DNA from: Octopus vulgaris
Taxonomy: Eukaryota
Assembly: GCA_951406725.2 (NCBI GenBank)
Contig: OX597825.1
Span: 68,510,001 to 68,574,000, forward strand
Length of the DNA: 64,000 nt
Reading direction: 5' to 3'
Below the pieces are notes generated by a model. The model saw nothing but the letters and a program-made list of their open reading frames with translations, did not search any database and had not been told where the DNA came from. Below are positions 1-12,640 of the stretch, one piece after another. The number at the start of each line of letters is the position of its first letter. Position 1 is the stretch's first letter. The position numbers and the translations under genes were made by a program.

Positions 1-662
1 CCCCTTCCTCGACATCCTCATTAAGAAATCTAACAATGTAATAGAAACAGATATATACTATAAGCTTACGGATTCCAAGCAATATCTCCCATTCAACTCA
101 TGCCACCCCAGACACACCAGAATGAATATCCCCTTCAACCTAGCAAAAAGGATATGTACTATAGTTTCTAATACAAACACCAAGGACACACGACTACATG
201 AACTAAAGGATACACTCATCACCAGGAACTACCCACCTTCATTAATTGTCATATGCTTTCAACGTGCCCTACAACTCAACATCCATGAACTCAGAAATCC
301 CAAATTAAAGGAGGATTTACAACCAAAAGCCCTACCATACATCTCCACACACAACCCTCTTAACAATGAAGCCTTCAACACCATCCTTCAAAACATTTCC
401 CGGCTAAAAAAGGACCACAGAATGAACCTCCAAACACACGCCATCATAAAAAGCAAGAGACAGCCCAAATCTATGAAAAGTCTCCTAACACAAGTCTGAA
501 TACACTCAACAACAACACTGAAGCCATCAGCAAAAAAATGCAAAAGACCTAACTGTGGGAGATGCATCAATTTAATTGAGAGATCAGAGTTCTCCTTCAA
601 ACAAGGACAACGTTTCAATGAAAAACAGCTTCACATGTGCTTTGGAGAACCTGATTTATTAC
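1..662 (+). mobile_element. Penelope-like element fragment (RT thumb, linker, start of GIY-YIG), degraded
   Basis: Translates to PFLDILI..ETDIYYKLTDSKQYL.FNSCHPRHT..NIPFNLAKRICTIVS, PYISTHNP, C.RPNCG.C and NLIYY. Contains stops and frameshifts. Resembles the copy at ~9000-9650. Confidence 0.85.
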
Positions 663-1636
663 ACACATGTGAGTGAGAACACTGAGGTATTTTTGGTATC
701 TAACATATGTCAGATACTGCGAGCGCTGCTTCTGATTGGTCAATCCATGGTGATGACCCGAGGTCATGGTGACGGCACTACTTTTGTCATTCATAAGTTA
801 CAACTAAACTTCATTCATTACTTTCATGAGCAGGTAGAATGTAGCCATGTAATTAAACAAACATACTATCTTTTTTATACCAGATATCACTTAAAGTCAT
901 ATACACATAAAATATTAACATTTTTGGTGGTAATTCAATTTTTTGTTGCCAAAAAAATCACAACATATTTCGTCTGCTCGTCGATACTCTTGCAGTGCAG
1001 GTAGATCTATCAACAAGATGGCTACTGTTGTCGATATCAAGGTGAATGATTTTGATAAGATTGATAGTAAAGATGGGGGAAGAGTGTTATCCGTTGTTCA
1101 ACCTCTTGGAACATACAGAATGTTCAAAGTGAAGATCAATACTGGCCAAGTTCGACATGTTGCTGGATACAGGTTAACAAAGGTACCTGAAACAGTGTCA
1201 TTGACGAGTGGATTGTCATCGAACCCTAGATCTAACATCCCTGATGAGGTGTACAACGAACTTCTATGTGACGATTTCTTTGATGAGAGCAATAATGAAC
1301 TTGAATTTCAACCAAGGTATGATCATTCTGGAATAGACAAATTCGTTCAAGGTAATCAAAATAAAAACACTCTTCGGAAAACAAACTATGATGTTAAACG
1401 ATTGTTTGTTTTCATGGCGACAAATGGCGACACGCGTCCAATTGAATCTATCGACAAAAGTGAACTTTGTGACATTCTCTGTACTTTCTTTATCTCGTTA
1501 CGAAAGCCGGACGGTAGCAACTATGAACCTTCATCTTTGAGGGGAATGTTATCCAGTATTGAAAGATATCTGAAGTCAAAATACTACTCGACGTCACTAT
1601 TCTCGGACAGGACATTCGTGAAACTACATGACGTAC
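663..1636 (+). mobile_element. Crypton-like (DUF3504-associated tyrosine-recombinase family) N-terminal fragment
   Basis: ORF 943-1734 contains NKNTLRKTNYDVKRL..ELCDILCTFFISLRKPDGSNYEPSSLRGMLSSIERYL, the typical CryptonA/QRICH1/KCTD1-type N-terminal block. The catalytic C-terminus is absent. Confidence 0.7.
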
Positions 1637-1825
1637 TAATCAAAATTCCGAAAAACAGAAAAATAGCATTCAGCCAACACATCAACATTTGTGCCAAAAA
1701 CAAAAATCCAAGTTTCAGTATTTTTCCCCTCTAACAATTCAGGGATGATACAACCTGTTGCCAACGAATTAGTAAAGAGTTGTTCTTTATCACAAAATAC
1801 AGACCCCCCCCCCTATTGAACGCAT
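1637..1825 (+). mobile_element. Penelope-like GIY-YIG C-terminal end (continues 1-662)
   Basis: KIPKNRKIAFSQHINICAKNKNPSFSIFPL..RISKELFFITKYRP parallels the ends of the Penelope copies at ~8000 and ~9880. Confidence 0.7.
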
Positions 1826-2062
1826 CTACAACAAATGACATATCCACCATGACCTTAGAATAACACACAAGCAAATATTAAAAATGATGCATTCAAAAGT
1901 ATTTTTCTTTTTCTTCTCTGCCAAGAATTCACACAAGAGTCAAAAAGAGAGACAGAGACAGGCAAAAACAAGGAAAATGCCCCTTGTATTTGAATACTAT
2001 GCAAATATTCTTTTAAAAAACTTTTCATTTAATTTTTCCAAACTTTAGTTGTTTTCCATACT

Positions 2063-2101
2063 TAGAGTTGAAAAAGTCTCAATGACTGAAACCGGTACTA
2101 A
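2063..2101 (+). ncRNA. Degenerate minimal hammerhead-ribozyme-like motif (PLE pLTR type)
   Basis: tTGAaaA-AGTC(tcaat)GACT-GAA-ACCGGT-A: stem II, GAAAC and a palindromic stem III, lying between two PLE fragments. The core deviates from CUGANGA. Confidence 0.4.
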
Positions 2102-2243
2102 AATGTTTTTTATGATAAAATTATTTCAACATTTTCTACCTTGACTTATTTTCCTTTTATTTATATATATATATATACACACACACATATATATATATAA
2201 TTATATACTTTTGCTCTTTCGAGCACTTCATATAGGCTGCATA

Positions 2244-2685
2244 ATGAATAAGCACTGTCTAGGTTTTTCCACAAAGAATATTCCCATACTCTCAAATAAT
2301 GCATACATGGAATCATTGATCCATCAAACCACGGAATTCATTAACAGGCTAAGAGGGTGAGCCTACTTCTTTGATTTGAAAAATAAGAAGAATGACAGCA
2401 GTTCTAATGATTCCAACATTCCCGGCGAGAAAAATAATTTTAACCTTAAAACCTATAGAAACCCTCCATCCAACCCAGCTCTTGCTAAGTTTGAACAGGA
2501 CCTGATGCACTTAAGCGGTTGAAATTTTCAAAATACACCAATCCCTTCCAGAAGCTGCTATCTCAGAAGATATCGTCCATGAAATCATCTCCTGACCTAC
2601 ACATATTGTCTGATAAAATCGGAAATATTTACTCTGTACCACCAAATTTGTATAACGACTTGATATTGAAGGAGTTAAACTCTGC
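2244..2685 (+). mobile_element. Penelope-like element N-terminal fragment (second clade, possibly Naiad-like)
   Basis: FSTKNIPI..Y.ESLIHQTTEFINRLR..AYFF..PPSNPALAKFEQDL..NPFQK..SDK.GNIY, with stops. Confidence 0.6.
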
Positions 2686-3149
2686 ATAAGGACAGATGTA
2701 ATAAAGTATAATTTCCAAATTTCATAAAGATCTATTCAGGATTTTTGACCTAGTTTTAGATCATAAGAAATTACTAAAATATGGGAGTTAAGGCCTCCAT
2801 TTGGGGGTCTTAGAATCCGCACAAGAAGTGGTAACTTTCGGAATACTTCTCGATGTCTGTCAATTACCTATGGTTGTAATTTCACGAACATCGAAAATTT
2901 ATGAATTTTTATGGGGTGTTCTGCCCCCTTTAAGCCACCTCAAATTCACACCAAACATACTGCATTATACTTGCCCTTATGCATTGAATGTAAGTTCCAA
3001 ATATCATAAGGATCCACTCAGTAATTTTGGTCCATGAAATTGTATGAAACATACACCATTACCCTTCTCCCTAGGATTGGATTTTGTTTCCCAAATTTCA
3101 TTAGGATCAGTGCAGTAGGAACACACAAAGACATTGACTTTATATAATA

Positions 3150-3282
3150 AATATATATTTAAAAAATTACGGGTTAGAAACTACAATCTATAATGAACAT
3201 TATAATGTAAATTTTCTAGATGCAAATTTGAATATTGCAAAAGGGTTGATACAACCAACCTTTCCATAAATTTAATGCAAAC
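3150..3282 (+). mobile_element. Penelope-like RT palm/thumb fragment leading into the satellite
   Basis: FKNYGLETTIYNEHYNVNFLDANLNIAKG...HKFNANLKHINAYSNH. Confidence 0.65.
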
Positions 3283-5650
3283 TTAAAACACATAAATGCA
3301 TACAGTAACCATCACTCCTCGATAAAGAAAACGTTAATAAATAACACTGGCAATGGAATTTCAATGCTCTCTTCGAATTATGAGAGCTTCTTAAAATACA
3401 TAAATGCATACAGTAACCACCACCCCTCGATAAAGAAAACGTTAATAAATAACACTGGCAATGGAATTTCAATGCTCTCTTCGAATTATGAGAGCTTCTT
3501 AAAATACATAAATGCATACAGTAACCACCACCCCTCGATAAAGAGAACGTTAATAAATAACACTGGCAATGGAATTTCAATGCTCTCTTCGAATTATGAG
3601 AGCTTCTTAAAATACATAAATGCATACAGTAACCACCACCCCTCGATAAAGAGAACGTTATAAACAACACTGGCAATGGAATTTCAATGCTCTCTTCGAA
3701 TTATGAGAGCTTCTTAAAATACATAAATGCATACAGTAACCACCACCCCTCGATAAAGAGAACGTTATAAACAACACTGGCAATGGAATTTCAATGCGCT
3801 CTTCGAATTATGAGAGCTTCTTAAAATACATAAATGCATACAGTAACCACCACCCCTCGATAAAGAGAACGTTATAAACAACACTGGCAATGGAATTTCA
3901 ATGCTCTCTTCGAATTATGAGAGCTTCTTAAAATACATAAATGCATACAGTAACCACCACCCCTCGATAAAGAGAACGTTATAAACAACACTGGCAATGG
4001 AATTTCAATGCTCTCTTCGAATTATGAGAGCTTCTTAAAATACATAAATGCATACAGTAACCACCACCCCTCGATAAAGAGAACGTTATAAACAACACTG
4101 GCAATGGAATTTCAATGCTCTCTTCGAATTATGAGAGCTTCTTAAAATACATAAATGCATACAGTAACCACCACCCCTCGATAAAGAGAACGTTATAAAC
4201 AACACTGGCAATGGAATTTCAATGCTCTCTTCGAATTATGAGAGCTTCTTAAAATACATAAATGCATACAGTAACCACCACCCCTCAATAAAGAAAACGT
4301 TAATAAATAACACTGGCAATGGAATATCAATGCTCTCTTCGAATTATGAGAGCTTCTTAAAATACATAAATGCATACAGTAACCACCACCCCTCGATAAA
4401 GAAAACGTTAATAAATAACACTGGCAATGGAATTTCAATGCTCTCTTCGAATTATGAGAGCTTCTTAAAATACATAAATGCATACAGTAACCACCACCCC
4501 TCGATAAAGAAAACGTTAATAAATAACACTGGCAATGGAATATCAATGCTCTCTTCGAATTATGAGAGCTTCTTAAAATACATAAATGCATACAGTAACC
4601 ACCACCCCTCAATAAAGAGAACATTATAAATAACACTGGCAATGGAATATCAATGCTCTCTTCGAATTATGAGAGCTTCTTAAAATACATAAATGCATAC
4701 AGTAACCACCACCCCTCATTAAAGAAAGCGTTATTAAATAACACTGGCAATGGAATATCAATGCTCTCTTCGAATTATGAGAGCTTCTTAAAATACATAA
4801 ATGCATACAGTAACCACCACCCCTCGATAAAGAGAACGTTATAAACAACACTGGCAATGGTATTTCAATGCTCTCTTCGAATTATGAGAGCTTCTTAAAA
4901 TACATAAATGCATACAGTAACCACCACCCCTCGATAAAGAGAATGTTATAAACAACACTGGCAATGGAATTTCAATGCTCTCTTCGAATTATGAGAGCTT
5001 CTTAAAATACATAAATGCATACAGTAACCACCACCCCTCGATAAAGAGAACGTCATAAACAAAACAGGCAATGCAATATCAATGCTCTCTTCGAATTATG
5101 AGAGCTTCTTAAAATACATAAATGCATACAGTAACCACCACCCCTCAATAAAGGGAACATTATAAATAACACTGGCAATGAAATATCAATGCTCTCTTCG
5201 AATTATGAGAGCTTCTTAAAATACATAAATGCATACAGTAACCACCACCCCTCGATAAAGAGAACGTCATAAACAAAACAGGCAATGCAATATCAATGCT
5301 CTCTTCGAATTATGAGAGCTTCTTAAAATACATAAATGCATACAGTAACCACAACCCCTCGATAAAGAGAACGTTATAAATAACACTGGCAATGCAATAT
5401 CAATGCTCTCTTCGAATTATGAGAGCTTCTTAAAATACATAAATGCATACAGTAACCACCACCCCTCGATAAAGAGAACGTTATAAATAAAACTGGCAAT
5501 GCAATATCAATGCTCTCTTCGAATTATGAGAGCTTCTTAAAATACATAAATGCATACAGTAACCACCACCCCTCGATAAAGAGAATGTCAATAAAAAACG
5601 TTGGGAATGGAATATCAATGGTCTTTTCGAATTATGAGAGCTTCCTAAAA
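3283..5650. repeat. Tandem satellite, 107/108-bp unit, ~22 copies
   Basis: The unit ttaaaatacataaatgcatacagtaaccaccacccctcgataaag...gaattatgagagcttc repeats head-to-tail. 108-bp units give the 36-aa repeating ORFs. Confidence 0.97.
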
Positions 5651-5711
5651 CATGCTGGCTACTAAAACGAAGCATTAAGGAAGGCTGGATATAAGGAAGA
5701 AATTAAATTCT

Positions 5712-5870
5712 GGCATGTTAAAAGCACCAACCGATTGTGGACGATGTCAGACTCCCCTGGCACCTGTGCCGGTGGCACGTAAAAAGCACCCACTACATTC
5801 GCGGAGTGGTTGGCGTTAGGAAGGGCATCCAGCTGTAGAAACACTGCCAGATCAGACTGGAGCCTGGTGC
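5712..5870 (+). repeat. SINE/RTE-5'UTR-like interspersed repeat fragment
   Basis: GC-richer block containing ggcgttaggaagggcatccagctgtagaaac, which I recognise from cephalopod retroposon repeats. Confidence 0.5.
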
Positions 5871-8010
5871 CTCAAATTTACACCCACACCCACTTCAAAC
5901 CTCATAGAACTAAAAACTGATATAGACAACTTCAGCCGCCACATCCACCCCCACCTTATGGAATTCTTTGAAAATAAAGAAACAGAAGATAACTCAATCA
6001 TAAGAAAAAAATCCCATTTCATCCCTTACAAGGGGAGTGACAAACACCTTGACGCATACATAGAGACAATATCCAAATTCCCTCTCCACACACACAAATG
6101 CAAACAGAATCTCCGCAGGAGAAAAACAAGCCTTACAAAAACTGAAAAATGACAAGTCAATCATTATAAAAGAAGCTGACAAAGGTGGAGCAATAGTAAT
6201 TATGGATACAGATTACTACAAAGAAAAGATACTGGAGTTACTGAACAACCAGACATACTATAAAGAGGAACCCACACCACAGGAGAAAGTAACAATAAAA
6301 AAAATTAGAACTTTAGTCAATGAATACTAGGACTCCTTTACAGATAAGGAGAAAGACTATCTATGCAACTCAAGAACCAAAGAAAGCAATTTTTATGGAT
6401 TACCTAAAATTCATAAAAGCTCTGAAATACAGAGAGCCATAAAGGAACAGAGGAACCACTATATAAGAATACAAAGGCCTACAGACCTCACAATGAGACC
6501 AATAGTGGCAGGACCCCAGGCACCAACACAACAACTAAGCCACTTCATAGATGTACTCCTCAAACCTTTATGCCCACAGATACTAAGCTAAATAAGGGAT
6601 GGACAGACTTCTTCACACACATTCCAAATACAGTCCCAAAAAACACCATACTTGCAAGCTTTGATGTCACAAATCTATATACAAACATACCACACACCCT
6701 AGGTCTAGAAGCAATAAAGCAATCGATAGAAAAATACAGAGTACTTATAGACAAACGTTTCAAGACAAACTTTATCACCCAAGCCACCCAATTAATCCTC
6801 GAAGAAAATACATTCTCATTCAACAACAAGACATACCGACAGATAAAGGGCACGGCTATGGGTACAAAATTCGCACCTTCATATGCCAACCTGGTGATAG
6901 GTTTCCTGGAGAACAAACTATACGATGAAATAAGGTAAGTCTTCGAACACGACTTCAGAGAAGACATCAAGAAAAAGTGGAAACGCTACCTCGATGACCT
7001 ACGAACATTCCACAACATCCTCAATACGCTGCACCCATCTATCAACTTCACAATAGATACCAGCCACAACAAACTTCCCTTCCTAGACATCAACATCAAA
7101 ATACACAACTCCATCGTCACAACAGACATCCACTACAAAAAAACTGACACACACCAATATTTAAATTTCCACTCCTGCCATCCATCCCACACAAAAAGAA
7201 ACATCCCATATAGTATGGCAAGACGAATATGTAGCATAGTAACTGATTCACAAATACAACTACTAAGACTAGATGAACTTAAAAACTTCCTTCTAGAGCA
7301 AAAATACCCCCTTAAACTAATAGAAAATGGAATCACAAGAGCATTGAAACTAGACATCACACAACTCAGGACACCTAAACCAAAAAACAAAGAAAAAATT
7401 ATCTCTTTTATAAACACGCACAACCCTGGAGTTACCAACATCTTCCAAACCATACATTCAAACTTGCCAAATAGCCTTACAAAGCCCCAAAATGAAAAAC
7501 ATATTAAACAAATATTGCATAAAAAACAGTAGACGACAGGACAAAAACCTAAAGAAACATCTAACAAGAGCGAAATTCTCTTCAGAAACTAAAACGGAAT
7601 TCTTTACAAAAGAGTGCGGAGATGGTAGATGTGGGATCTGCAGCAACCCCACCTACAAATACATAGAGGGAAACAAAGAGATGAAATTTAAAAGTGGTTA
7701 CGTATTTAAAGTAAATGCAGATATGAACTGCAAGACGCAGAACATTATATACTGCATAACCTGCCCCACGTGCAAGGAAGATTACATAGGTGAAACTGGT
7801 AATTCTTTGTGCCAGCGAGCCAGGATTCACCGACAACATGTTCGGCAGGAAGAACTACGCAAGATACTACTAAGTACACACCTAGCTACGTGTGGAGAAG
7901 GAAAATTTAAGATCTTTCCCTTCTACAAATGTCCGAAGAACGACACCTCTTTCAGGAGGAATATGGAAAAATATTTCATAGCTAAGTTCTCCCCCAAATT
8001 AAATGGCTGA
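5871..8010 (+). mobile_element. Penelope-like retroelement, near-complete RT + GIY-YIG, frameshifted
   Basis: IIKEADKGGAIV, FYGLPKIHK, SFDVTNLYTNIP, QIKGTAMGTKFAPSYANL, WKRYLDD, IIYCITCPTCKEDYIGETG. Confidence 0.93.
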
Positions 8011-10240
8011 AAGACCTAATCGAGTTAAAAAATGATATAAGCCTCACCATTAAAGAAGCCGACAAAGGAAGTGCAGTAGTGGTGATGGACACAGAGTACT
8101 ACATAAATTTAATACTCTCCATGCTAAAAAATAATATTTACTTTGAGAAGATAGTACAATGCAACCCACAGAAGACACTCAAAAGCTTATCTTCCTTACA
8201 TCAAATCCATGGAAAGGGCCTCACTGAACATGAAATAGACTATTTATCCAATTTTAAATACAGTCCTAGTCTATTCTATGGATTACCTAAAATACACAAA
8301 AATCTACATATTTGTAAAGCTTGCAAAGTTTCTCCAAGCCTGTGCATTAACGTTCCTCCCCCTACTGACCTCAAACTGAGACCCATCATTGTTGGCCCTG
8401 CTTGTGAAACCCACCATTTGAGCAACTTCCTCGACATCTTACTCAAACCGTTTCTAAAATGTGAAAAGCTTCATCAGGGATGACTTAGACATGTTGAACC
8501 ACCTACCGAAGACCATAAAAGAAGGAACGCTGTTAGTATCATTCGATGTGGTGAATTTGTACACCAATATCCTTCATGATTAGGGTATAGAAGCGATCAC
8601 CTTCTGGCTAGAAAAATACCCACAAGAGATCCCAGGACGCATTAACCACAAATTCATAATCAAAGCACTCAAATTCATCCAACTTAACAACTGTTTCATG
8701 TTCGATACAACTTACTATCAACAAAAATGTGGAATTGCAATGGGAACCAGAGCTGCTCCAGTGATTACGAACCTTGTAATGGGTTACCTAGAGCTTAAAA
8801 TATATCAATCATCACTACTATGACACCTCATTTCATTGCTATTTAAGGAGAACTGGAAGAGGTATTTGGACGATTGCTTTATATTTTGGAACGACAATAT
8901 GGACAAACTCCTCGATTTCAAAATAATGTTTAACAATATGAATAGCAACATACAATTCACCATGGAGCACAGCAGTAAACAACTCCCCTTTTCTTGACAT
9001 CCTAATTAAAATAGTCAATAACCACATCAAAACAGACATCTATAAAATCCACAGATTCTAAACAATACATATTATTCAACTCATGCCATCCCAAACACAT
9101 AAAAATTAATATACCTTATAATGTAGCGAAAAGAATCTGTGCCATAGTTTCGGACACCTATACTCGTGAATGAAGACACCTTTATATTCAGATCAATACT
9201 AATCAACAGATATTATCCAACATCATTAATAAATGATGGCATTAAACAAGCTATGGAAATAGATATACGAACATTAAGGGAAGTCAACCAAAATACTAAA
9301 CCAGACTTAATACTCCCATACATCTCCACGCATAACCCTAGAAACAACAAGGCCTTTAACATCATCATCCAAAATCTTCCCATCCTCACAGGAGATAAAA
9401 CAATGAACATAATTTTAGGCTCATACAAAATTATCAAGAGCAAAATGCAACCTAAATCATTGAAAAAAATATTAACCAGTGCAACACTATATCCATTAAC
9501 AACACAACCAAAAGTGAAAAAAATGTAGTTGACCTAACTGTGGTACATGCCCCCACCTTTTGGAGGGTTCAGAATTCCACTTTAAACAAGGTGAAAGATC
9601 AAATCAAATTTCACCTGTACCTCGGAAAATCTTATCTATGCCATTACATGCTTAGGGTGTGGTCATAATTATATTGGCCAAACAGGAATATCACTCCGTC
9701 GAAGAACCACTCTACACAAAGAACAAATCCGCAACCCACAATACAGGTTAGTGAACAGTGTGCTAAGAATCCTAATCCTAATTTTCCCCTTCTATCAATG
9801 TTCACCGAACACCTCAGTACAACAAAGAATGAATAAAGAGGCAACTTTCCTCAAATATCTTCCACAACTCAATATGAACACATAACATAATACAGAACAC
9901 TACTAACCTTTCAATTAATACCACTAACACCCCATACACCATTCATATTACAGATCTATATCCACCTTAATTGCACCAAATTCAGAACTACTTACCTGAT
10001 AGTATTATAGATATTAATAAATTACTTAATTCCTTGAACCTCAAATACCCATGACTTACAACATCGCAAGCCTCAGACCAACACCCAACAAGTTGCAATG
10101 TCCTATTGGATGAGTCACTAACCATTCGTCGAGCAATGGTTTGCTAAATCAACATTTTTATATTAAAATAAAACTTCTACATTGTATTTAAAATTTTGAG
10201 TGAACATACAAGTGAAAACATTAACATTTTTTAAAAAACC
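8011..10240 (+). mobile_element. Second Penelope-like retroelement (RT + GIY-YIG + 3' tail), degraded, head-to-tail with the first
   Basis: IKEADKGSAVV, FYGLPKIHK, FDVVNLYTNI, GIAMGTRAAP, WKRYLDDCF, LIYAITCLGCGHNYIGQTG; many stops. Confidence 0.9.
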
Positions 10241-10314
10241 CATGTAGATTGTCTGTCGACGCGACGAAGACCATCTAGTCGTCCGGGGGAACTTGTTTTG
10301 TGAGTTCGCAGATC

Positions 10315-10850
10315 AATGTGTACGGGCTGTTGTTCTCACAACGCTGCTTTACGGCTGCAAGTCCTCGATGGTCTACCAACGCCATGCCAGGAAGTCGAAC
10401 CACTTTCATACAATATGCCTCAGAAAACTTCTCGGCATAAAGTGGCAGGACAGGATCCCGGACACCGAGGTATTAATATGTGCTAACCGGCCCAACATCC
10501 ATACCATCTTGATGCAGTCTCAGATTCGCTGGACAGGGCATGTAGCTTGCATGTCAGACGATCAATTACCAAAATGATTGCTCTTTGGCAAGCTGCAAAA
10601 GGGAAAGTGCTCACAAGGTGGCCAGAAGAAGCGCTTTAAGGACACACTAAAAACCTTCGACCATGACACTTGGGAGCAATCTGCTCTAGACAGAGAAGGG
10701 TGGCAATCAGCTGTCCACAAGAGTGCCAACACATGCGAGACCAATAGGATCGCTGCTGCAGAAGACCGCAGACAAGCCAAGAAGAATAGAGCTAACAACC
10801 TTGTAGCAGGCGCTACCATTCCTTGTCCACACTGTCAAAGACTTTAAAAA
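10315..10850 (+). mobile_element. RTE-clade LINE 3' fragment
   Basis: RAVVLTTLLYGC..LRKLLGIKWQDRIPDTEVL..RWTGHV.., GGQKKRFKDTLK and a terminal CPHC zinc-finger start. Confidence 0.85.
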
Positions 10851-10963
10851 CCCACACCACACATAGAGGTAATACAACCTATCAGAGACAGCAAGCATGC
10901 TCAATAGACGTATATGGTAATACAGCTCACACTGAAACAGGCGCGAATGTAGCATAACCAAAT

Positions 10964-12135
10964 ATGGAAATTCAATCGAGACACAATCTTAAGTATTGTC
11001 TACTGTTATCTAAAATGATTGTGCATTACTCTTTTTATAGGTTTTTGTTTTCTCTTAGCGCAAAAATGTCCAAGAATAAAAAGCGCATAACATATCCAGC
11101 AAATTTCAAATTGAAAATGATTCACTTTGCAGAAGAGAATGGAAATAAAGCTGCAGCAAGACAGTTTGGGCCTCCTCCTCCTCCTACGGCTGCCATGACT
11201 GGACTGTGGAGAAAGCACAAAGATGAACTTGTACAGATACCAAGGATGAAGAGAGCAGCACAAGGCAAAAAGGCAAGGTGGCAAAATCTGGAAGAAAAAC
11301 TCAAGCACTGGGTTGAAAGCCAAAAGCAAACTGGTGCATTTGTTTTGACAAAGATCCTCATCAATCAACGAAGAAGGATTGCTCAGGAGATAAAAAAGAA
11401 CAAAGAGGAAGGACAAGAGACAGACGAGACAACTGCTTTTGAAGACATGCCCATCTGCTGCTTCTGTATTATGAAGAGAAATGGTTTGAGTCTAAGGACT
11501 AGAATCAAGCTTGCTCAGAAGATGCCTTATGCTTATGAAGAAATGATTAAGCTTCGTTCTTATATCATTAATTTACACAAGAATACCAACTTTGAACTTT
11601 GCCACATAGCAAATATGGACGAAGTTCCACTTAACTTTGATGCTCCTTCCAACAAAACTGTGAATCAAAAAGGGGCCATCAAGACAAGAGGGCATGAAAA
11701 GACTCGCACAGCTGTCCTGGCATGCTGTGCTGATGGTACCCAGTTGCCACACATGCTCATTTTCAAAAAGAAGACACTTCCAACGGAGAAGCTGCCAGAA
11801 GGAGTTCTTGTGCATGTTCATGCAAAGGGCTGGATGGATCAAGATGGTATGAAGCTTTGGAGAAAGAGACCTGGGAACCTTTTTAAGAAGCCATCTATGC
11901 CAGTCCAGTGTTAGATCAGTTTAGGGTACATATAACTGATGGGACAAAAAAGTTAGAAACCCAATTGGCAGTTATTCCTGGTGGCCTGACAAGCCAAATC
12001 CAACCTGTGGATATTGGTATCAACAAAGCATTCAAGTAACTAATGAGAAATGAATGGAGCAAGTTGATGCAGGGGGGGTGACTCCAACCGAACACCAACA
12101 GGAAAAGTTAGGAAGCCAACAATCAGTGAAGAATC
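10964..12135 (+). mobile_element. pogo/Tigger-type DDE_1 transposase remnant (POGK-like: Brinker DBD + CENP-B HTH + DDE)
   Basis: YPANFKLKMIHFAEENGNKAAARQF, IANMDEVPLNFD, CCADGTQLP, HAKGWMD, IPGGLTSQIQPVDIGINKAFK; internal deletions and stops. Confidence 0.85.
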
Positions 12136-12149
12136 CGTGGAATAGTGTG

Positions 12150-12516
12150 AAGAAAAAAACTACTGTAAGAGCTTCTGAGGAAAATTTGCAAAGGTTTCCT
12201 TTGATAAGTAGAACTTGCATAAATGGTTTCTTTTCTTTAATACTCGAACGTTTGACAAATTTGGAAGATAAATTATCGTAATCTGCCGATATAACACTAA
12301 ACAATATACTGGATTCAAAATCCATAAAAATTTCATACGATGCTAGTTTAACATTAACCAAAGAAGAACTAGCTGCTATATCCACCGATGGTGGATTGAA
12401 GATTAAATATAGGGAATCAGAGAAGAATACCTGTCAATATCCAAAAAAGCTTTCACCATTTTACAGTAATTTTCAACATCACCTTTATGCAAATTAGGAT
12501 TTTCCACTCTCACCAA
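12150..12516 (+). mobile_element. hAT (Charlie/Buster-type) transposase C-terminal fragment, present in each unit
   Basis: WIQNPF..EELAAISTDGGLK and FSTSPLCKLGFSTLT (hAT dimerisation motif). Confidence 0.65.
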
Positions 12517-12519
12517 CAG

Positions 12520-12640
12520 TGGAGGCACATAGCCTAGTGGTTAAAGCAGCGGACTCGCGGTCGAGGGATCGTGAGTTCGAATCTCAGACCGGGCGAACTT
12601 CTGCTGACTCTTTCACCACAACTTTCTCTCACTCTTTCTT
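12520..12640 (+). mobile_element. tRNA-derived SINE head, present in each unit
   Basis: A box (ta/tg)gcctagtgg and B box gttcgaatc in ggaggcacatggcctagtggttaaagcagcggactcgcggtcgagggatcgtgagttcgaatc. Confidence 0.75.

Noticed and set aside
3283-5650. CRISPR-like array or repeat-protein gene
   Set aside because: Whole units repeat with no unique spacers and there are no cas genes. ORFs are broken by the 107-bp units, and the sequence derives from a PLE RT.
10245-10278. Stem-loop after the second Penelope copy as a hammerhead ribozyme
   Set aside because: tagattgtc/gaccatcta can pair, but the CUGANGA and GAAA cores are not convincingly present.
10964-11914. Domesticated POGK-like host gene
   Set aside because: Internal deletions, a frameshift before the second catalytic region and a stop after INKAFK indicate a decayed transposon.
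12520-12595. tRNA gene copies in the array
   Set aside because: A and B boxes are present, but I could not fold a convincing cloverleaf and the sequence runs into SINE body.
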